DNA of 63,888 nucleotides, the filler included, from Octopus bimaculoides (taxonomy: Eukaryota), in assembly GCF_001194135.2 (NCBI RefSeq). It is 4 parts of 4 records of this genome, joined end to end, with 100 filler letters (N's around TTAATTAATTAA, not from the genome) between each part and the next. Parts side by side here need not be neighbours in the genome. Positions count along the whole stretch, not along the records: positions 23,742 to 54,615 come from NC_068996.1; 3 more parts are not named here. The stretch is one strand, 5' to 3'. Positions 23,742 through 37,494 of the stretch are shown here, one piece after another (the stretch's first letter is position 1; each line of letters begins with the position of its first letter). Below the pieces are notes generated by a model, which was not told where the DNA came from, ran no database searches, and saw only the letters and a program-made list of their open reading frames with translations. The position numbers and the translations under genes are program-made.

Positions 23742-24499
23742 GTGTGTGTGTGTGTGTGTGTGTGCATGTATGTATGCATGTATGTATGTATCTATATATA
23801 TGCATATATGGGTACAGGACGTCACAAAACGTAAGCAACATGAAATACGAAGACAAACTTGGGTATGCGAACAATGAGAGAAACAAATGGAAAACAAGAC
23901 AAGTAACATCAGTTATCGGCTATCCATCTACTCCTCATTTCGAGCAATTAACGACAATATGAGGCTTTAAAAGCAGTTGCTCCCGCGAACCAAAATAAAA
24001 TTTGGGATTTGCGGAGGGTCAAAGTTGGTAACAAAAACCTGACAGCGGAGACATACAATAAACCAAACGAAAACAAACATGGAGGGCCGTTAGACCAGAC
24101 ACGGTAAGGTAGCGAACGCTGGAGGAATATTGTCTTTGACAAGAGAAAAGATAGAAGAGCAGAAAGATAAGAATGCGTCTGGTTTGTAGACATACTGAAA
24201 GAAAAGAAAGGTGATCACGTGAGGAAAGGAAAGATGGACGATGGTCACGTGTGAGCAGCGAGGGAGAGAGAGAGCAAAGGAGAAAGAGGGAAAGACAGAC
24301 AGACAGATAGACAGACAGACAGACAGACAGATAGAAAACGGTGAAGGGGAGAAAAAAGAATTAAAGAAAGGATGAGAGAGAAAAAACGAAAGGGGGAGAA
24401 GGGGAGAAAAAGAATTAGAGAAAGGAAGAGAGAGAAAACGAAATGGGGATATATATGCACACACACACACTCACAAACACACACTCACAAACACACACA

Positions 24500-24656
24500 C
24501 GACGGGCTTCAGACAGTCTCCATACAAATTTACATACAACCCATTAGTTGATCTTGAGTTATAATAGAAGACACTTGCTCAAAGTATTGTGCAGCGTGAC
24601 TGAATCTGAAACCACATGGTTGCAAATTGATCTTCTTAACCACACATCAATGCCCT
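24500..24656 (-). mobile_element. tRNA-derived SINE head
   Basis: Reverse complement of the 15330-15480 family (atagaagacacttgctcaa..ttcttaaccacac). Confidence 0.65.
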
Positions 24657-24929
24657 TGACAATTTCAAAGAAGATCTCTCTTAATGTTAGGAAATCTCCA
24701 ATTGGATATTTCATTTCAGTCCGTTTCTCCTTCTCTCCTCACCCTCAGCTTCCGCACTGATCACTACACTTGGTCTTACTTTCGCAGAACATCGTCAACT
24801 TGGTGATGATCCTTCTCTACTTGTAAAGAAAAGAAAAAAAACTCGTGGAGTCATTGCATTACTTTCCAAATCGACCGAACGAAACACACCATAGTTTGGG
24901 TGTCGTTCAGTCGGCTCACATAACTTAAC

Positions 24930-25203
24930 ATACATACATAATACATACATACATGCAAACATATTTGCATACATACATGCACACATATTTGTATACACAC
25001 ATGCACACATATTGACATAATACATACATACATATATACATAAACAGATACATACATACATACATACACAAACAGATACATACATACATACTTAAACACT
25101 CAAACACACATAAATACATACATACATATATACATATATGCATACATATATTTACATACATAAATACATACATACATACAAACATACATACTTACATATG
25201 TGT
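24930..25203. repeat. Degenerate (TACA)n microsatellite
   Basis: Direct tetranucleotide run. Confidence 0.9.
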
Positions 25204-27349
25204 ATAGAGGAAGGTTTAATTCATTGAAGTTAATTATTGTAAACAGAGCTCTGTTTATATGAAAACCCCGCACTAAACAGGAAGTATGTAAAATTTATTA
25301 ATATTGCCAATGTTGTAAAGGAAATATACTCAGCTTTTATTTTGAAAAGGTTATTGAAATTCACATTCGCACGAACGTTTATAGCAGACATTTTATTTTT
25401 TGGTAGAATAATTCAAAAGAGGGATGCTTGTTTGATGTATTACAAAATACCAGGTTGATGTATTCCTGGTCCAATACAAAATACCAGGTTGGTGCCTGGT
25501 GTGAATAACATCGCCAAAAGTTGCAATATGCATCGGGTTCATTAAAGTACATTATTGCTCCATCTAAAAAAAAATATCTTTGTTTTGTGGCTTCGTCGTC
25601 CTGAGAAAGCAGTAATTCCCTAACAAGCTCAATGTCGATTATTTTCGAATCAAAATTGTAATTAGAGTTTTGTAATTTGTCGAATAATTTCAGTCTCGAA
25701 ACATTATTTGCTGTTAACTTTTTCCCTTCTATGAAATTTGTTTTTTATATTTTTAACTTTTCCAAAATTCATTTAACGTCATTGATAAAGATTTACGACA
25801 GTTATCTCAGTTGCGTGAGAAAAGCTTTTCTTAATGCTGTAAATTTTCTAAGAAGCAATCCTTTAAGTTCTTAGGTGGTATCAGTGACATTGTATTAAAT
25901 GGCAAAAATATTATTTTAATATTGTCACATAAGTTATTTGGTACAATTGCGTGACCTATGGCATTGTCTAAAATAATGACCGGTCAAAAGTTAAATAACG
26001 GAAACCGATACGTTTTTTTTTTAAAGCTGTAAAAGCAAAACAACATTAAGATACAACTGTATGGAAAACATGTCTGGTGCCATTAAAATCTACAATGCAA
26101 AAATATTGCAACCAAACGTAGTGCAAAGAGAGAAGCAATTGCTAAAACATAGCTCATTCGGCAAAGGGTAAATGCCAAGTCGTATGTAATGGATGTAACT
26201 TCTGAACTTCTGAGAGGCTAACGATTCTGTGACCGATAAACTAATATCATTTTTAATTTACAAACGCCTGAAGTATTTCCTTCCAATGAAAGCGAGAGTC
26301 TTCTTTGACATTTTCAATCTTGGTTCTGATTTTCATTATCCGGCTAAATAAATTTTAATCTGTATCTTCCCAAATAGTATAGTTTCAGTCACATTAAATA
26401 TTTGTTTGTAAACCTTATCGTCCTCTGCTAATTTTCTTTAATTTACTTTACTTACACCGACACCCTAGAACGCTACGAAGGCTAGTTCATTCTTTCGAAA
26501 CAGTTAAATTAGCTTGTATTTGGAGTAACAGTTTTTTTGAGTGTCCACTTAATTTCCATTTTGTATCTATTCTCTATTAAACATTACGTCTCGCTATGTT
26601 CACATTTCAGGTCAGTTCATATAAATAGCAAACATGCCATTTAGTTTATTTTCTGGTTGTTAGTAGGCCAGAAGACAATGAAACACTGTTCTTTCACCTT
26701 GTAAACATTCAGTTTCTCCGGAATACTTAATACTATAGACTTATTCATGGAGTATTCACGACTTTATTGTAGCGTTGTTATGAAGAAAAGTTTGTTGTCA
26801 GTATACATGTACATCATTTGTTGCTACGTTAATACAGAAAGCGTTCATGCAATTCGGCGCGATAGATGAAGAAAGATACCGCGACAACACAGCATCAAGA
26901 TTATGCACTGATGTGTAAAATTCAGCCTAAATATGAATTTATGATGAAGATCTCCTACACTTGTGTGATATACATCGTTTCACATAAAATTTACTGTTCT
27001 TGAATTGCATGAACACCTGTATTAATGTAGCAATAAATGATGTATCTGTAGTGGATCTTGCATGCATGAAGTGGATTCGATCCACTATAGCCAAATTTAA
27101 ATCAACACTGCAACAAAACTTTTCCCACGGTGGAAGAATAGCTTTTCTCTGACAGCAGTTTAATATTTTCCAGATGCCTTTAGCTAGGCCGAAACAATGT
27201 CTTCACCACTTGACCCTTTCTAACCTCTTCTACATCACCAAAAGCTAGAATAGATATAACAAGACCACAAACTAAAACTATTGTTCTCAATAATATATCT
27301 ATCCTTCTAGATAGTTATAAAAGCAAGAAAACCCCAAGAAAAATTTAGT

Positions 27350-27762
27350 TTTAGTCACCAGTCGGTGACGACTCAACCAGTTCAGTCACCAGTCGATGAC
27401 GACTCAATAAGAACGAAGTCTGGCTGACCAGCTAGAACCTTGGCCAGAGGGAGAAATGAAGTTTACTGCCAGCAACTGTGAGACAACGTCCCACACTCTA
27501 TAACTTTCACTAGCTCAATTTCTTTTCTCTGTAACATTACCATATCTCTGTCTATATACTGCTACAAGAACGTGTACACACATATACAGGCCGAAATTAA
27601 CTTTCTTTACCTTGCATGCTTTACGAACTGTGTTATACTATTACACTAACCTACCCGTCATGGTATGGCATTTATTAAAGTAACGATAAATAAATATTTC
27701 TTTACAACTTCGATCACTGTTCTTCGTTCAACATACAACCGTTACAATTGGTAACCTCCGAC
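27350..27762 (+). mobile_element. Possible LTR 3' part followed by PBS-like site
   Basis: A 30-bp tandem pair (agtcaccagtcg.tgacgactcaa), aataaa near 27689, terminus GTTACA at 27741-27746, then TTGGTAACCTCCGAC resembling a Gypsy PBS. The 5' boundary was not found. Confidence 0.35.
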
Positions 27763-28182
27763 TCTAACATTTATCGTTACATATCCATACTTACAAGAAG
27801 CCTGTCTTCATGACCGCGTTACACTATTTTATTTCTCGCTGGTGCCAGCTTTGGATTAATTATCTGTAGGTTTCGTTCTAAAATAATTTTTTTGTCATAT
27901 TCCGAGAAAGTAGATTCAGACATCCATTCACCTAACATGTTTTATAGGGATTTGTTATAAGGATTCAGCTTGAACAATGTAGCAAACTATCTGCAGAGTA
28001 CAAAGGAGAAATATTACTGATCATGTTTCAGGTAAATTCCGAAATGAAGAAATTGATGAGGTTTTGCTTCAGCAACAATTAATCCAATCAGATTTTGTAT
28101 AAGATCGATTAATCTAAATGCTGAGAGGAGTGAAAAATTCATTGACGGAGAGTAAAATTACACGTGTAGTGATTTAGCATAA

Positions 28183-28241
28183 GATGAACTATGAAGATGA
28201 ACTATGAAGATGAACTATGAAGATGAACTATGAAGATGAAC
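28183..28241. repeat. 13-bp minisatellite (GATGAACTATGAA) x4.5
   Basis: Perfect direct repeats. Confidence 0.95.
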
Positions 28242-30109
28242 GGTGAGGGATTATAATAGAAAGAGAGGAAAGGAAACTGGAGAAAGTTGATGAATGAGGA
28301 CCAGAGTAGAAGGAGAGTTGAGGCAAGTATTCATGTTCCTGGTAATTTAGCGTTACTATCCGTTCACTGAGCGACCGAAGCGTTTCATTTTTGTATCGTA
28401 CAAATTATTACTTTTACTCAGGCATATACACACTCAAATAGACATATATGTGAGTACATATGTGCACATGTGTTTATATATGCACACATTCAAATTTATT
28501 ACATACACATATATAAGCACAAATACATACATATTTACACACATTCATATAGTTGGCAGTCTGTTTCTATCTCTGTCCGTTTCCTTAGGAAGATAATTTT
28601 GATCTTATTGGGTCCTTGGGAACAGTTATACTAATTAAAGTATTATCTGTCATGTAGCAGGTATGTTTCAAACGTATGTTTATCATTATTGGTAATATCA
28701 GATAATGTAACATCTGTAGTTAATTGATAGTTAGTCTTTTCGCGATCGATAACATAATAGCGGGGCCCGTGAATATTTCATGAAATTAACGATAAACTTA
28801 CTGGGTTATTTCTGAAAACTTTATCCAAAAAACCTGAAAGTGTAGCCTGTGTTGTGCATGTATGGAAAGATTGTCGCTCATCTGCTACTCATTGAAAAGT
28901 GAAAGAAATTGGAATACGATGATTACTTAATGCACAATTTTATAGACTTAATACACAGCACTCATAAAATAAATATTCACTCTTATTTTCCCATTTTTCC
29001 CATTAACAAAAACAAAAAATATCCCGTACATATGATACAACCTTTACTCAAATTGCATATATCTGCTACGTAAATAAGCGTGGATATTTTACGATAGCAC
29101 TTATGCGCATGCGTTAAGTGATAGGTGATATAAAATATTCAATANNNNNNNNNNNNNNNNNNNNNNNNNNNNNNNNNNNNNNNNNNNNNNNNNNNNNNNN
29201 NNNNNNNNNNNNNNNNNNNNNNNNNNNNNNNNNNNNNNNNNNNNNNNNNNNNNNNNNNNNNNNNNNNNNNNNNNNNNNNNNNNNNNNNNNNNNNNNNNNN
29301 NNNNNNNNNNNNNNNNNNNNNNNNNNNNNNNNNNNNNNNNNNNNNNNNNNNNNNNNNNNNNNNNNNNNNNNNNNNNNNNNNNNNNNNNNNNNNNNNNNNN
29401 NNNNNNNNNNNNNNNNNNNNNNNNNNNNNNNNNNNNNNNNNNNNNNNNNNNNNNNNNNNNNNNNNNNNNNNNNNNNNNNNNNNNNNNNNNNNNNNNNNNN
29501 NNNNNNNNNNNNNNNNNNNNNNNNNNNNNNNNNNNNNNNNNNNNNNNNNNNNNNNNNNNNNNNNNNNNNNNNNNNNNNNNNNNNNNNNNNNNNNNNNNNN
29601 NNNNNNNNNNNNNNNNNNNNNNNNNNNNNNNNNNNNNNNNNNNNNNNNNNNNNNNNNNNNNNNNNNNNNNNNNNNNNNNNNNNNNNNNNNNNNNNNNNNN
29701 NNNNNNNNNNNNNNNNNNNNNNNNNNNNNNNNNNNNNNNNNNNNNNNNNNNNNNNNNNNNNNNNNNNNNNNNNNNNNNNNNNNNNNNNNNNNNNNNNNNN
29801 NNNNNNNNNNNNNNNNNNNNNNNNNNNNNNNNNNNNNNNNNNNNNNNNNNNNNNNNNNNNNNNNNNNNNNNNNNNNNNNNNNNNNNNNNNNNNNNNNNNN
29901 NNNNNNNNNNNNNNNNNNNNNNNNNNNNNNNNNNNNNNNNNNNNNNNNNNNNNNNNNNNNNNNNNNNNNNNNNNNNNNNNNNNNNNNNNNNNNNNNNNNN
30001 NNNNNNNNNNNNNNNNNNNNNNNNNNNNNNNNNNNNNNNNNNNNNNNNNNNNNNNNNNNNNNNNNNNNNNNNNNNNNNNNNNNNNNNNNNNNNNNNNNNN
30101 NNNTGTGTG

Positions 30110-30157
<48 letters not shown>

Positions 30158-31077
30158 CGTGCAGGTGAGCGTGTGTAATATGTATGTATGCGATTATGTA
30201 TTTATGTTTGTTTACGTCCTCGTAATCTTGCGGTTCGTCAAAAGTGATTGATAGAATAAGAATCAGACTTAAAAAATAATTACTTGCGTCGATTTGTTCG
30301 ACTAAAACCCTTCATAGCGGACCCCAGCATGGCTGCTGTCCAATGATTGAATCAAGTAGAAGAAGGTAAAAGGACACAAGCCAAGCTTATCATAAGCTAT
30401 TTCCCCTCCACGAAATGAACCCCGCCATACCAAACCAGATAATAGTCTATTACTACGCAAGTAATAACAGATATGTATATAAAAACATATTCGGAGTTCT
30501 TTAAGAATGGTACCTCCTACCACTCAAATGCATGACCCAACCGAGTCCATAAGCTTTTAATTGCACTAAAGTCAGCATTGTCTTCATAATTTTCTTAATG
30601 TTTATGTATTTATTTATAAGTTATTTATCTATATTAAATTCTCATCAGATGAGTGTACCAATGTTGTCGTTCTGCCTGACGCGAGTTAGACTACTACTCC
30701 CAAAATGGAACCCATGCAGAGGAAACACCAATAGTTTGATGAAACGGAACTGCGAGATATATGTAATGACTTATTCAGAGTCATATGTGTGCGTGTGTGT
30801 ATCATTGTATCGCTGTATTGACCAGGCTATCGGATTTTGTTACACGGTCACAATGCTCTTTCTTGCATTGTTGCAGCCTTCGAATGATGCTACACCACAG
30901 GGTAGGAGGTAGGCCAACATTCCCCCAGAACAGAATGCCAGTCCGTCGCAGGGTTACACGTTTATAGCTGAGTTGACAAAAGCAATGTAAAATGAAATGT
31001 TTTACTGAAGAACACAACATACCGTCGAAGCCTTAACCAAAGGCGCCTTCACACACCCAACACACGCACGCACGCAT

Positions 31078-31157
<80 letters not shown>

Positions 31158-31254
31158 ACACACACACACACATTCTGGCCTGCTGGAAGCTTTTCAAACC
31201 AATGAAGACAAGTTTTATTTTTAGATCTAGTGATAGGAAATCAAACACGGACGT

Positions 31255-31715
31255 ATTTTTATGATGTGGAAACGAAGGTCCAGTCCATGGAATGGTGTCT
31301 TATTCTTCATCCCAAGCCCAATATGTTCAAGGTATAACATTAGGCACAGAAAGTCATAGACAATGTTTCTTTAAGATGTCAAGGGCGTCATTCTTATTGA
31401 TTTTCTGGATAGTGACTGTGCCGTGAATGACGAGCGGTGCATTGAGACACTACGCGACCCAGCAAATCTTTGACTAAAAAAAAAAAAAAATCAGGTAATC
31501 AGCAAATTGTGCTTGTCAATGGTTCTTCACCCACTATCCAACCCGAATTTGGTACTCTTTGACTTCTGCTTGTCTGGTTCATTGGATGTCCGTCTTTGAG
31601 TACAAGGCTTTAATTTCATAGGTGGGGTAAAAGTGGCTGTGAAGAAGTGGGTACAGCAGTGTACATTAGAACTTTTTCAAAGAGGATTCGGAAGTTGGAT
31701 TCCGTGATGGTGCAA
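31255..31715 (+). pseudogene. Highly decayed mariner transposase fragment
   Basis: YDVETKVQSMEW, DVKGVILIDFL, and HPLSNPNLVLFDFCL (a decayed HPPYSPDLAPSDFHLF). Many stops. Confidence 0.65.
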
Positions 31716-33574
31716 CTATTTACGCGCGCGCGTGTGGTTGTATGAACTTCGTGGGTCACCATTGTTGGAATGGATAGAATAGGGCTTGATTAGTTGGTAT
31801 GAAGTTAAGGCTGCGTGCTGTCCCATATTAAAACCAACTCCGAAGAGTATTTAACACGCATTTATTCATACATGTGCGCAACACAATATTTACATAATAA
31901 TACGGATGCTTGCCAGGGTTATATTGCGGTCTGCCAGTATAACTGGAGTACATAGTCAAATTAATAAGCGATAAGAATGGCTTCGAGTAAGAGGCGGGAA
32001 AATACTCCGTTTATCATAGTCGATAAATCCTATAACCCAGGGTCTAATGTTGCAACCAAGAAGCAGTTTTCGCACGGACTTGTTGTCTGTGTAAGCTATA
32101 TGCTCCTCTGGTGTGTTTGACCACACTTTGGCTTTTATAATCCCAATTTACGAGAGAACATCTGGAACTTTCGATAAGAGAGGTGATATTGTTGCAAGAT
32201 GATTGGTTAGTATTCAGGGTAGTCACCTGATCTGATATAGTCTAATCCTCGTTACAAAACCAACACGGTTTCGAATCTAGGCCTTACAACATTACACTCC
32301 ATACCCTAGTGCGATCGAGAAGGAAAGCGAACGAGAGCAAAAAAAAAAACTGTAGCAAAAACTCACAGGCAATACAAAGCAAGGAATTAGCATGCAAAAC
32401 ACTAGAAGAATGTAACTAAAAAATGCAAAATGCATATAACAAGGTGAAAGCATATACAACGAAATGTCTATAATTCGAAAATTCATAATGTTAAATTGCT
32501 AAAATATAAAAAATACGAGAGAGAAAACAGTTCCTGAAATGTCTCCGAAATGACAATTTCAAGAATAGTACTGTGTTTGTGCATATTGAAGGAAAGTGCG
32601 AGATGCTGAATGTACTAAGCCATTTAGGCCTATTTTGATATTCAACATAACCAGGGAGAGGTTGTATAGATGAAAATAGATGGTTGGAAGCAAGGTGCAG
32701 ACAAGCATGGTTGTATTCCTTCTGTCTGAAATTATCTGCATGTGCATTTGTTGGGCTTGAATGTGGCATGTGAATTTATCTGCAAGTGAAGCCTGCAAAA
32801 ACAAAACAAAAAAGAAGCATTAACTTTGGACATGACTGACTTGTAAGGATATAAATGGAGTAAAGAGGGCAGGACAAAAAAATGTTTAGACTAGAATGAA
32901 ATGAAATATAAATTTATATACATGTGAAAAAAGAGTTTTTCGGTGTCCCTTCTACGAAGTCAAGTATGCAAAGCAATGTGGTTGTAATTCGCTTTTGTCG
33001 TCGGTCGCAATTGAGCGCGTAATTTGCCCTTTTGGTCCATGTTAGCCTAACAGATCAGTCGTCTCGTTGTTGTCGGCTGGAGACGAGTCGTTTTGTTAAT
33101 GCCGACGTGGAAGTTAACCCATTGTCGTAGTAGTGTCGGCGTCGATGGTGCGAAAGTCTAAATCATTTGAGTGGTGTGTTTTGTATCGAATAGTAAACTG
33201 CAATAATTTGTATGTTCATCGGGGTTTATCACTTGGAAGTTTATTGAGTGGCTCTTACGCTGTTGAATTCAGCAGTTTATAGTGAATGTCAGTAAGTGAC
33301 ATCCTTTAATTTTTATAACTGCATGCGAGAAAGAGAGGTCACCATCTTGTACGTAAACGACAAGAAAATAAGAGAGACGTTTGTAATAAGTCATAACATA
33401 TTTATTACTGGATGTAATGTGTTAACATATAAGGTTAATTGAAGGGAAAAGGTTGTAGCATCACATGAACATATTTTGCAACCACGTGTCTCAAAACAAA
33501 TAAGGTGAACATCCGCGCGTGCGGATGTGTATGCCAGTGGCGTGACTCATTGCATGTCTAGGATCTGACAGGCA

Positions 33575-33610
33575 AGAGTGGCGCGAAATTAGAATGTGTT
33601 CCTTTATATA
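33575..33610 (-). promoter_or_regulatory. TATA box and initiator
   Basis: TATATAAA at 33610-33603 and YYANWYY match CCACTCT with its A at 33579, 31 nt downstream. Confidence 0.6.
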
Positions 33611-33658
33611 AGGGATGAACCTGAAGTCCCTGACTTCCACGTCATCCGGAAGTCAATT

Positions 33659-33693
33659 GGAAGCTTCTAGAATGTTCGAGAATTTTCGAGAAG
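33659..33693. promoter_or_regulatory. Perfect heat-shock element, 7 alternating nGAAn pentamers
   Basis: gGAAg cTTCt aGAAt gTTCg aGAAt tTTCg aGAAg. Confidence 0.85.
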
Positions 33694-34623
33694 GTCGAGG
33701 GAGATTACTCTCGTTAGATCCCTTTTTCGTTTTGCTTTCCTGCTTGACCGCCAGAGGTCACTACAAGTTTATTGTAGTTGAATGTCAGGTGTCGGGTTAT
33801 TATTTCGCTTGTTGCTTTTNNNNNNNNNNNNNNNNNNNNNNNNNNNNNNNNNNNNNNNNNNNNNNNNNNNNNNNNNNNNNNNNNNNNNNNNNNNNNNNNN
33901 NNNNNNNNNNNNNNNNNNNNNNNNNNNNNNNNNNNNNNNNNNNNNNNNNNNNNNNNNNNNNNNNNNNNNNNNNNNNNNNNNNNNNNNNNNNNNNNNNNNN
34001 NNNNNNNNNNNNNNNNNNNNNNNNNNNNNNNNNNNNNNNNNNNNNNNNNNNNNNNNNNNNNNNNNNNNNNNNNNNNNNNNNNNNNNNNNNNNNNNNNNNN
34101 NNNNNNNNNNNNNNNNNNNNNNNNNNNNNNNNNNNNNNNNNNNNNNNNNNNNNNNNNNNNNNNNNNNNNNNNNNNNNNNNNNNNNNNNNNNNNNNNNNNN
34201 NNNNNNNNNNNNNNNNNNNNNNNNNNNNNNNNNNNNNNNNNGTGACAGAATAAAAACATTATGTTCGGGTCAACGACTCAACAAAAACACCACCCCTCAA
34301 ACAAACAATCATATATAAAAAATACACCATGGTCCACAAACACATAAGAAAAGTATATAATATAAAAATAATACATATATATAAAATGTAGTATTTTTAT
34401 ACTAGTCTCATTTATATTTGAGCACTTCTTTTGCAATCCTATATAAACTCTTTTGTTTCTTAATAGGAAACAAATTTTATTAGATATATATATATATATA
34501 TTCATTCAAACCTACCTACCTACCTACATACATACATACATACATACATACATACGCACACATACATACATACATACATACATACATACATACATACATA
34601 CATACATACATACATACATACAT

Positions 34624-36840
34624 CAAGGACAAATCTTGTTGCCAAAAATGAAATCACCGAGATGGCAGGAAACTACAGGCCCATTGCTTGCCTAAACATT
34701 ATGTACAAACTGTACACAAGTTGCGTCAACCAATTCCACCAGGACCATTGTGAGTCGAACAACATTGTGACTGATGAACAGGCTGGTGGAAAAAAGGGAG
34801 TGTGAGGATGTGCTGAACAACTTTCAATAAACAAAGCTGTACTGTCTGAAGTAAGAAAACAACGCAGAAACCTTGTGACAGTATGGCTTAACTATAAGAA
34901 GGTATTCGACTCTATCCCTACATCTGGCAAAAGTACCTACTACCTTAATTACTGCTATAGAGAGACTCACAAAGACATGGACAACTATTCTTACCCTTAC
35001 AACTGAGAACAGAATAATTGTTTCTCATGGTATAGGTATTAAAAAGAGAATATTCCAGGGAGATAGTCTTTTTGTACTACTTTTCATTTTGGCACTGAAT
35101 CCATTATCGTTTCTACTGCAGAAAACAAATGGTTACATGCTAGGATCTTCAACTGCCAGAAATATCAATGTAACTCATAATTTCTTTGTAGATGACCTGA
35201 AGATTTATGCTAAACGTGTTAACAATGCCCCAAAAAATGGAATTATTAACATTTTCTGCTGATATAGGCATGGAATTCCGCCAAAAGAAATGTTCATATT
35301 TGGTTACAGAACGAAGAAAAACCCAAACCCAAAACCTGTGCATCAACGGTCTCTCTATTTCTCTCATTCTATACAAAGAATGTTACAAGTACTTAGGCAT
35401 AGATGAAAATGTATCATGTGAAGGCACTGTGAATAAAGATAGAGTGACCCAAGAGTATTACACCAGACTTAGGAAAATATGGCAGTCGGAACTCTCCTTT
35501 TACAACAAAACAATTTCCCACAATGCGTCTGCAGTACTAGTGCTGAGATCAACATTTGGGATACTTGATTGGTTTGTAGGGGAAATCCACTCCATAGATA
35601 TCAACACCCGCAAAATCCTGACAACTGGGAACTTCCACAAAAACAGTGATGTTGACAGGCTCTGCTTAAGAAGAAATGAAGGTAGTAGAGGCCTGAAATC
35701 AGTGCAGACGGCCTTCGAATGCCGTATGGTATCACTCAGGCAGCATCTGCTAAACAGCAGCAGCAAACATAAATATATTAATGTAGTCCTGAAAAATCAA
35801 GTGAGCAACATTGTACGAGTTGGCAGTGAACTCCTCAAGAAACACTCTCTTCCTGATGATCTCCTATACAGCCCCAACATAGCTGGACTCTCTTACCTCA
35901 GAGAAGACCTGGATGGAAAGCACTCAACATACAAAAAAAAAAGACTATGCATAGATATACTTCCCGGAAGCTTGAAGAAGACAGTAGAATTGATACAAAG
36001 CGCAGCCTCTCTTGGACACAAGACCACTACATCACATCACACTTTGAAGGCTATGCGTTTGCAATCCAGGAACAGGAAATTGCCACAAAGTACCTGGTGA
36101 ACAAGAGAGAGACAGTGACGCTCTTGTAATCCCAAGGTGCAACCGCATGTGTAGGCTATGTCGTGTTTCTGTGGAAGATATTACGCATGTGTTTATCAGC
36201 TGTCCTAAAATGTCGTCACGGTACTACCTCCCTATGCGACACAACGTTGTTGCTAAAACAATTTACAAAGCTATCCGCAAAAGAGACTATCCTGAAATAA
36301 ACTTCGAAAATCCCTCTGTTATGGAATACATTCATAAACACCAACTCGAGGAATACTAGGGGAATATTTCCATCAAAACTTCTGTCAAATGTAAGTATAA
36401 CAGGCTGGATATTGTTGTTTGGGACAGAGGAACAAAGGTATGTACCATCATAGAAGTCAGCTGCGCTACAAATATAAATATCTCTTTGAAAATCAAAGAC
36501 AAAGAGGATATCTATGGACAACTTCTTCGAAACCTCCAGCTTCTATATCCAGATTATGTATTCATATTCATATTAATAATAATTGAAGCACTAGGTTTTG
36601 TTAGTAAATGCTTAAAGGAAAATCTGGATACACTGGGATTTTCAGAAAGAGAAATCGACCAGCTAATTCGTACAGTACAAGTCCAATCTGTGAGTGGAAC
36701 AGTCAAAATATGCAAGACTTTTCTCAAGTTCCAAATGTGAATTTGTCTGTGTTAATTATATCCTAAAGATGGAGCCTTGTATCTGATGGAAACCGGCTCC
36801 CTCCTTAGTGAAAAATTTATAATAATTAAAAGACAGAAGA
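34624..36840 (+). mobile_element. R4/Dong-like RLE non-LTR retrotransposon, 5'-truncated, decayed
   Basis: NYRPIACLNIMYKLYT, EQAGGKKG, YKKVFDSIP, LFVDDLKIYAK, YKYLGIDE, CRLC..EDITHV.ISCP..RHNVVAK, RLDIVVWD..IIEVSC, GTVKICKTFLKF*. Multiple stops and frameshifts. Flanked on both sides by (TACA)n. Confidence 0.85.
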
Positions 36841-37494
36841 GACATGCATACATTCATACATACATACATACATACATACGTGACATTTACAGTCCTGCTT
36901 GTATGTTAGCCATGCATATTGTTCAAGCGACAAAGGGCCCGAAAGATGTAATCCATGCATATTACATTCTTGGGATATATTTATACGAAAATTCATTCTC
37001 CTTTTTTTTCTTTAAGGTCAACTGACTGCTGATATATATATCTTCATTGAAAAGACGACATCAGTAATATTCCTCGTATTTTTCATATCATCAATTGTTG
37101 TATGGTATTTAAAACAAACTTTGACTCAACAAGTTTGACATTTAGTGATATAATTTATTTTATTGTTATGCGAATGAAGGAAGTCAGAATTAGAGCAACA
37201 GAGGGAGCAACAATTCTATTTATCATTTACTTTCAAATAAATATGATATTCCTTCTTAATAATAGAGCTGTGTAAAAGCTCTTTTTCGCTCAGCAGCTTC
37301 AAAATCATCTGAATAGCAAGCATTGAAGGTATGCTATGCCAGCGAACTTTATGCACAAATATATGCTGTAGTTTCAACATCAGCAGCTTAATATATACAT
37401 ACTGCAGGCACGCGCGCGCACGCGCACACACTTATATATGTATATATTAAAGATTACATATATGTATTTTATTCTTATAAATATATATTCATAT

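Larger units (their letters stand above)
33348..34247 (-). mobile_element. LTR (probable 5' LTR of an LTR retrotransposon) spanning an N gap
   Basis: The minus strand reads TGTCAC (34247) ... HSE ... TATATAAA ... AATAAA (~33405) ... ACGTACA (33348), then AGATGGTGACCTC (PBS-like, 33337-33344). The 34247 boundary lies across a gap and is uncertain. Confidence 0.65.

Noticed and set aside
28183-28241. Regular short repeats as a possible CRISPR-like array
   Set aside because: Head-to-tail 13-mers with no spacers, in a eukaryotic context.
30470-30570. Possible Penelope tail or decayed hammerhead on the minus strand
   Set aside because: The core is not recognisable (ttatgga in place of ctgatga); this rests on resemblance only.
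32044-32804. Short minus-strand ORFs downstream of the HSE promoter
   Set aside because: No recognisable protein motif, no consistent splice-site pair, and no heat-shock-protein similarity I could see.
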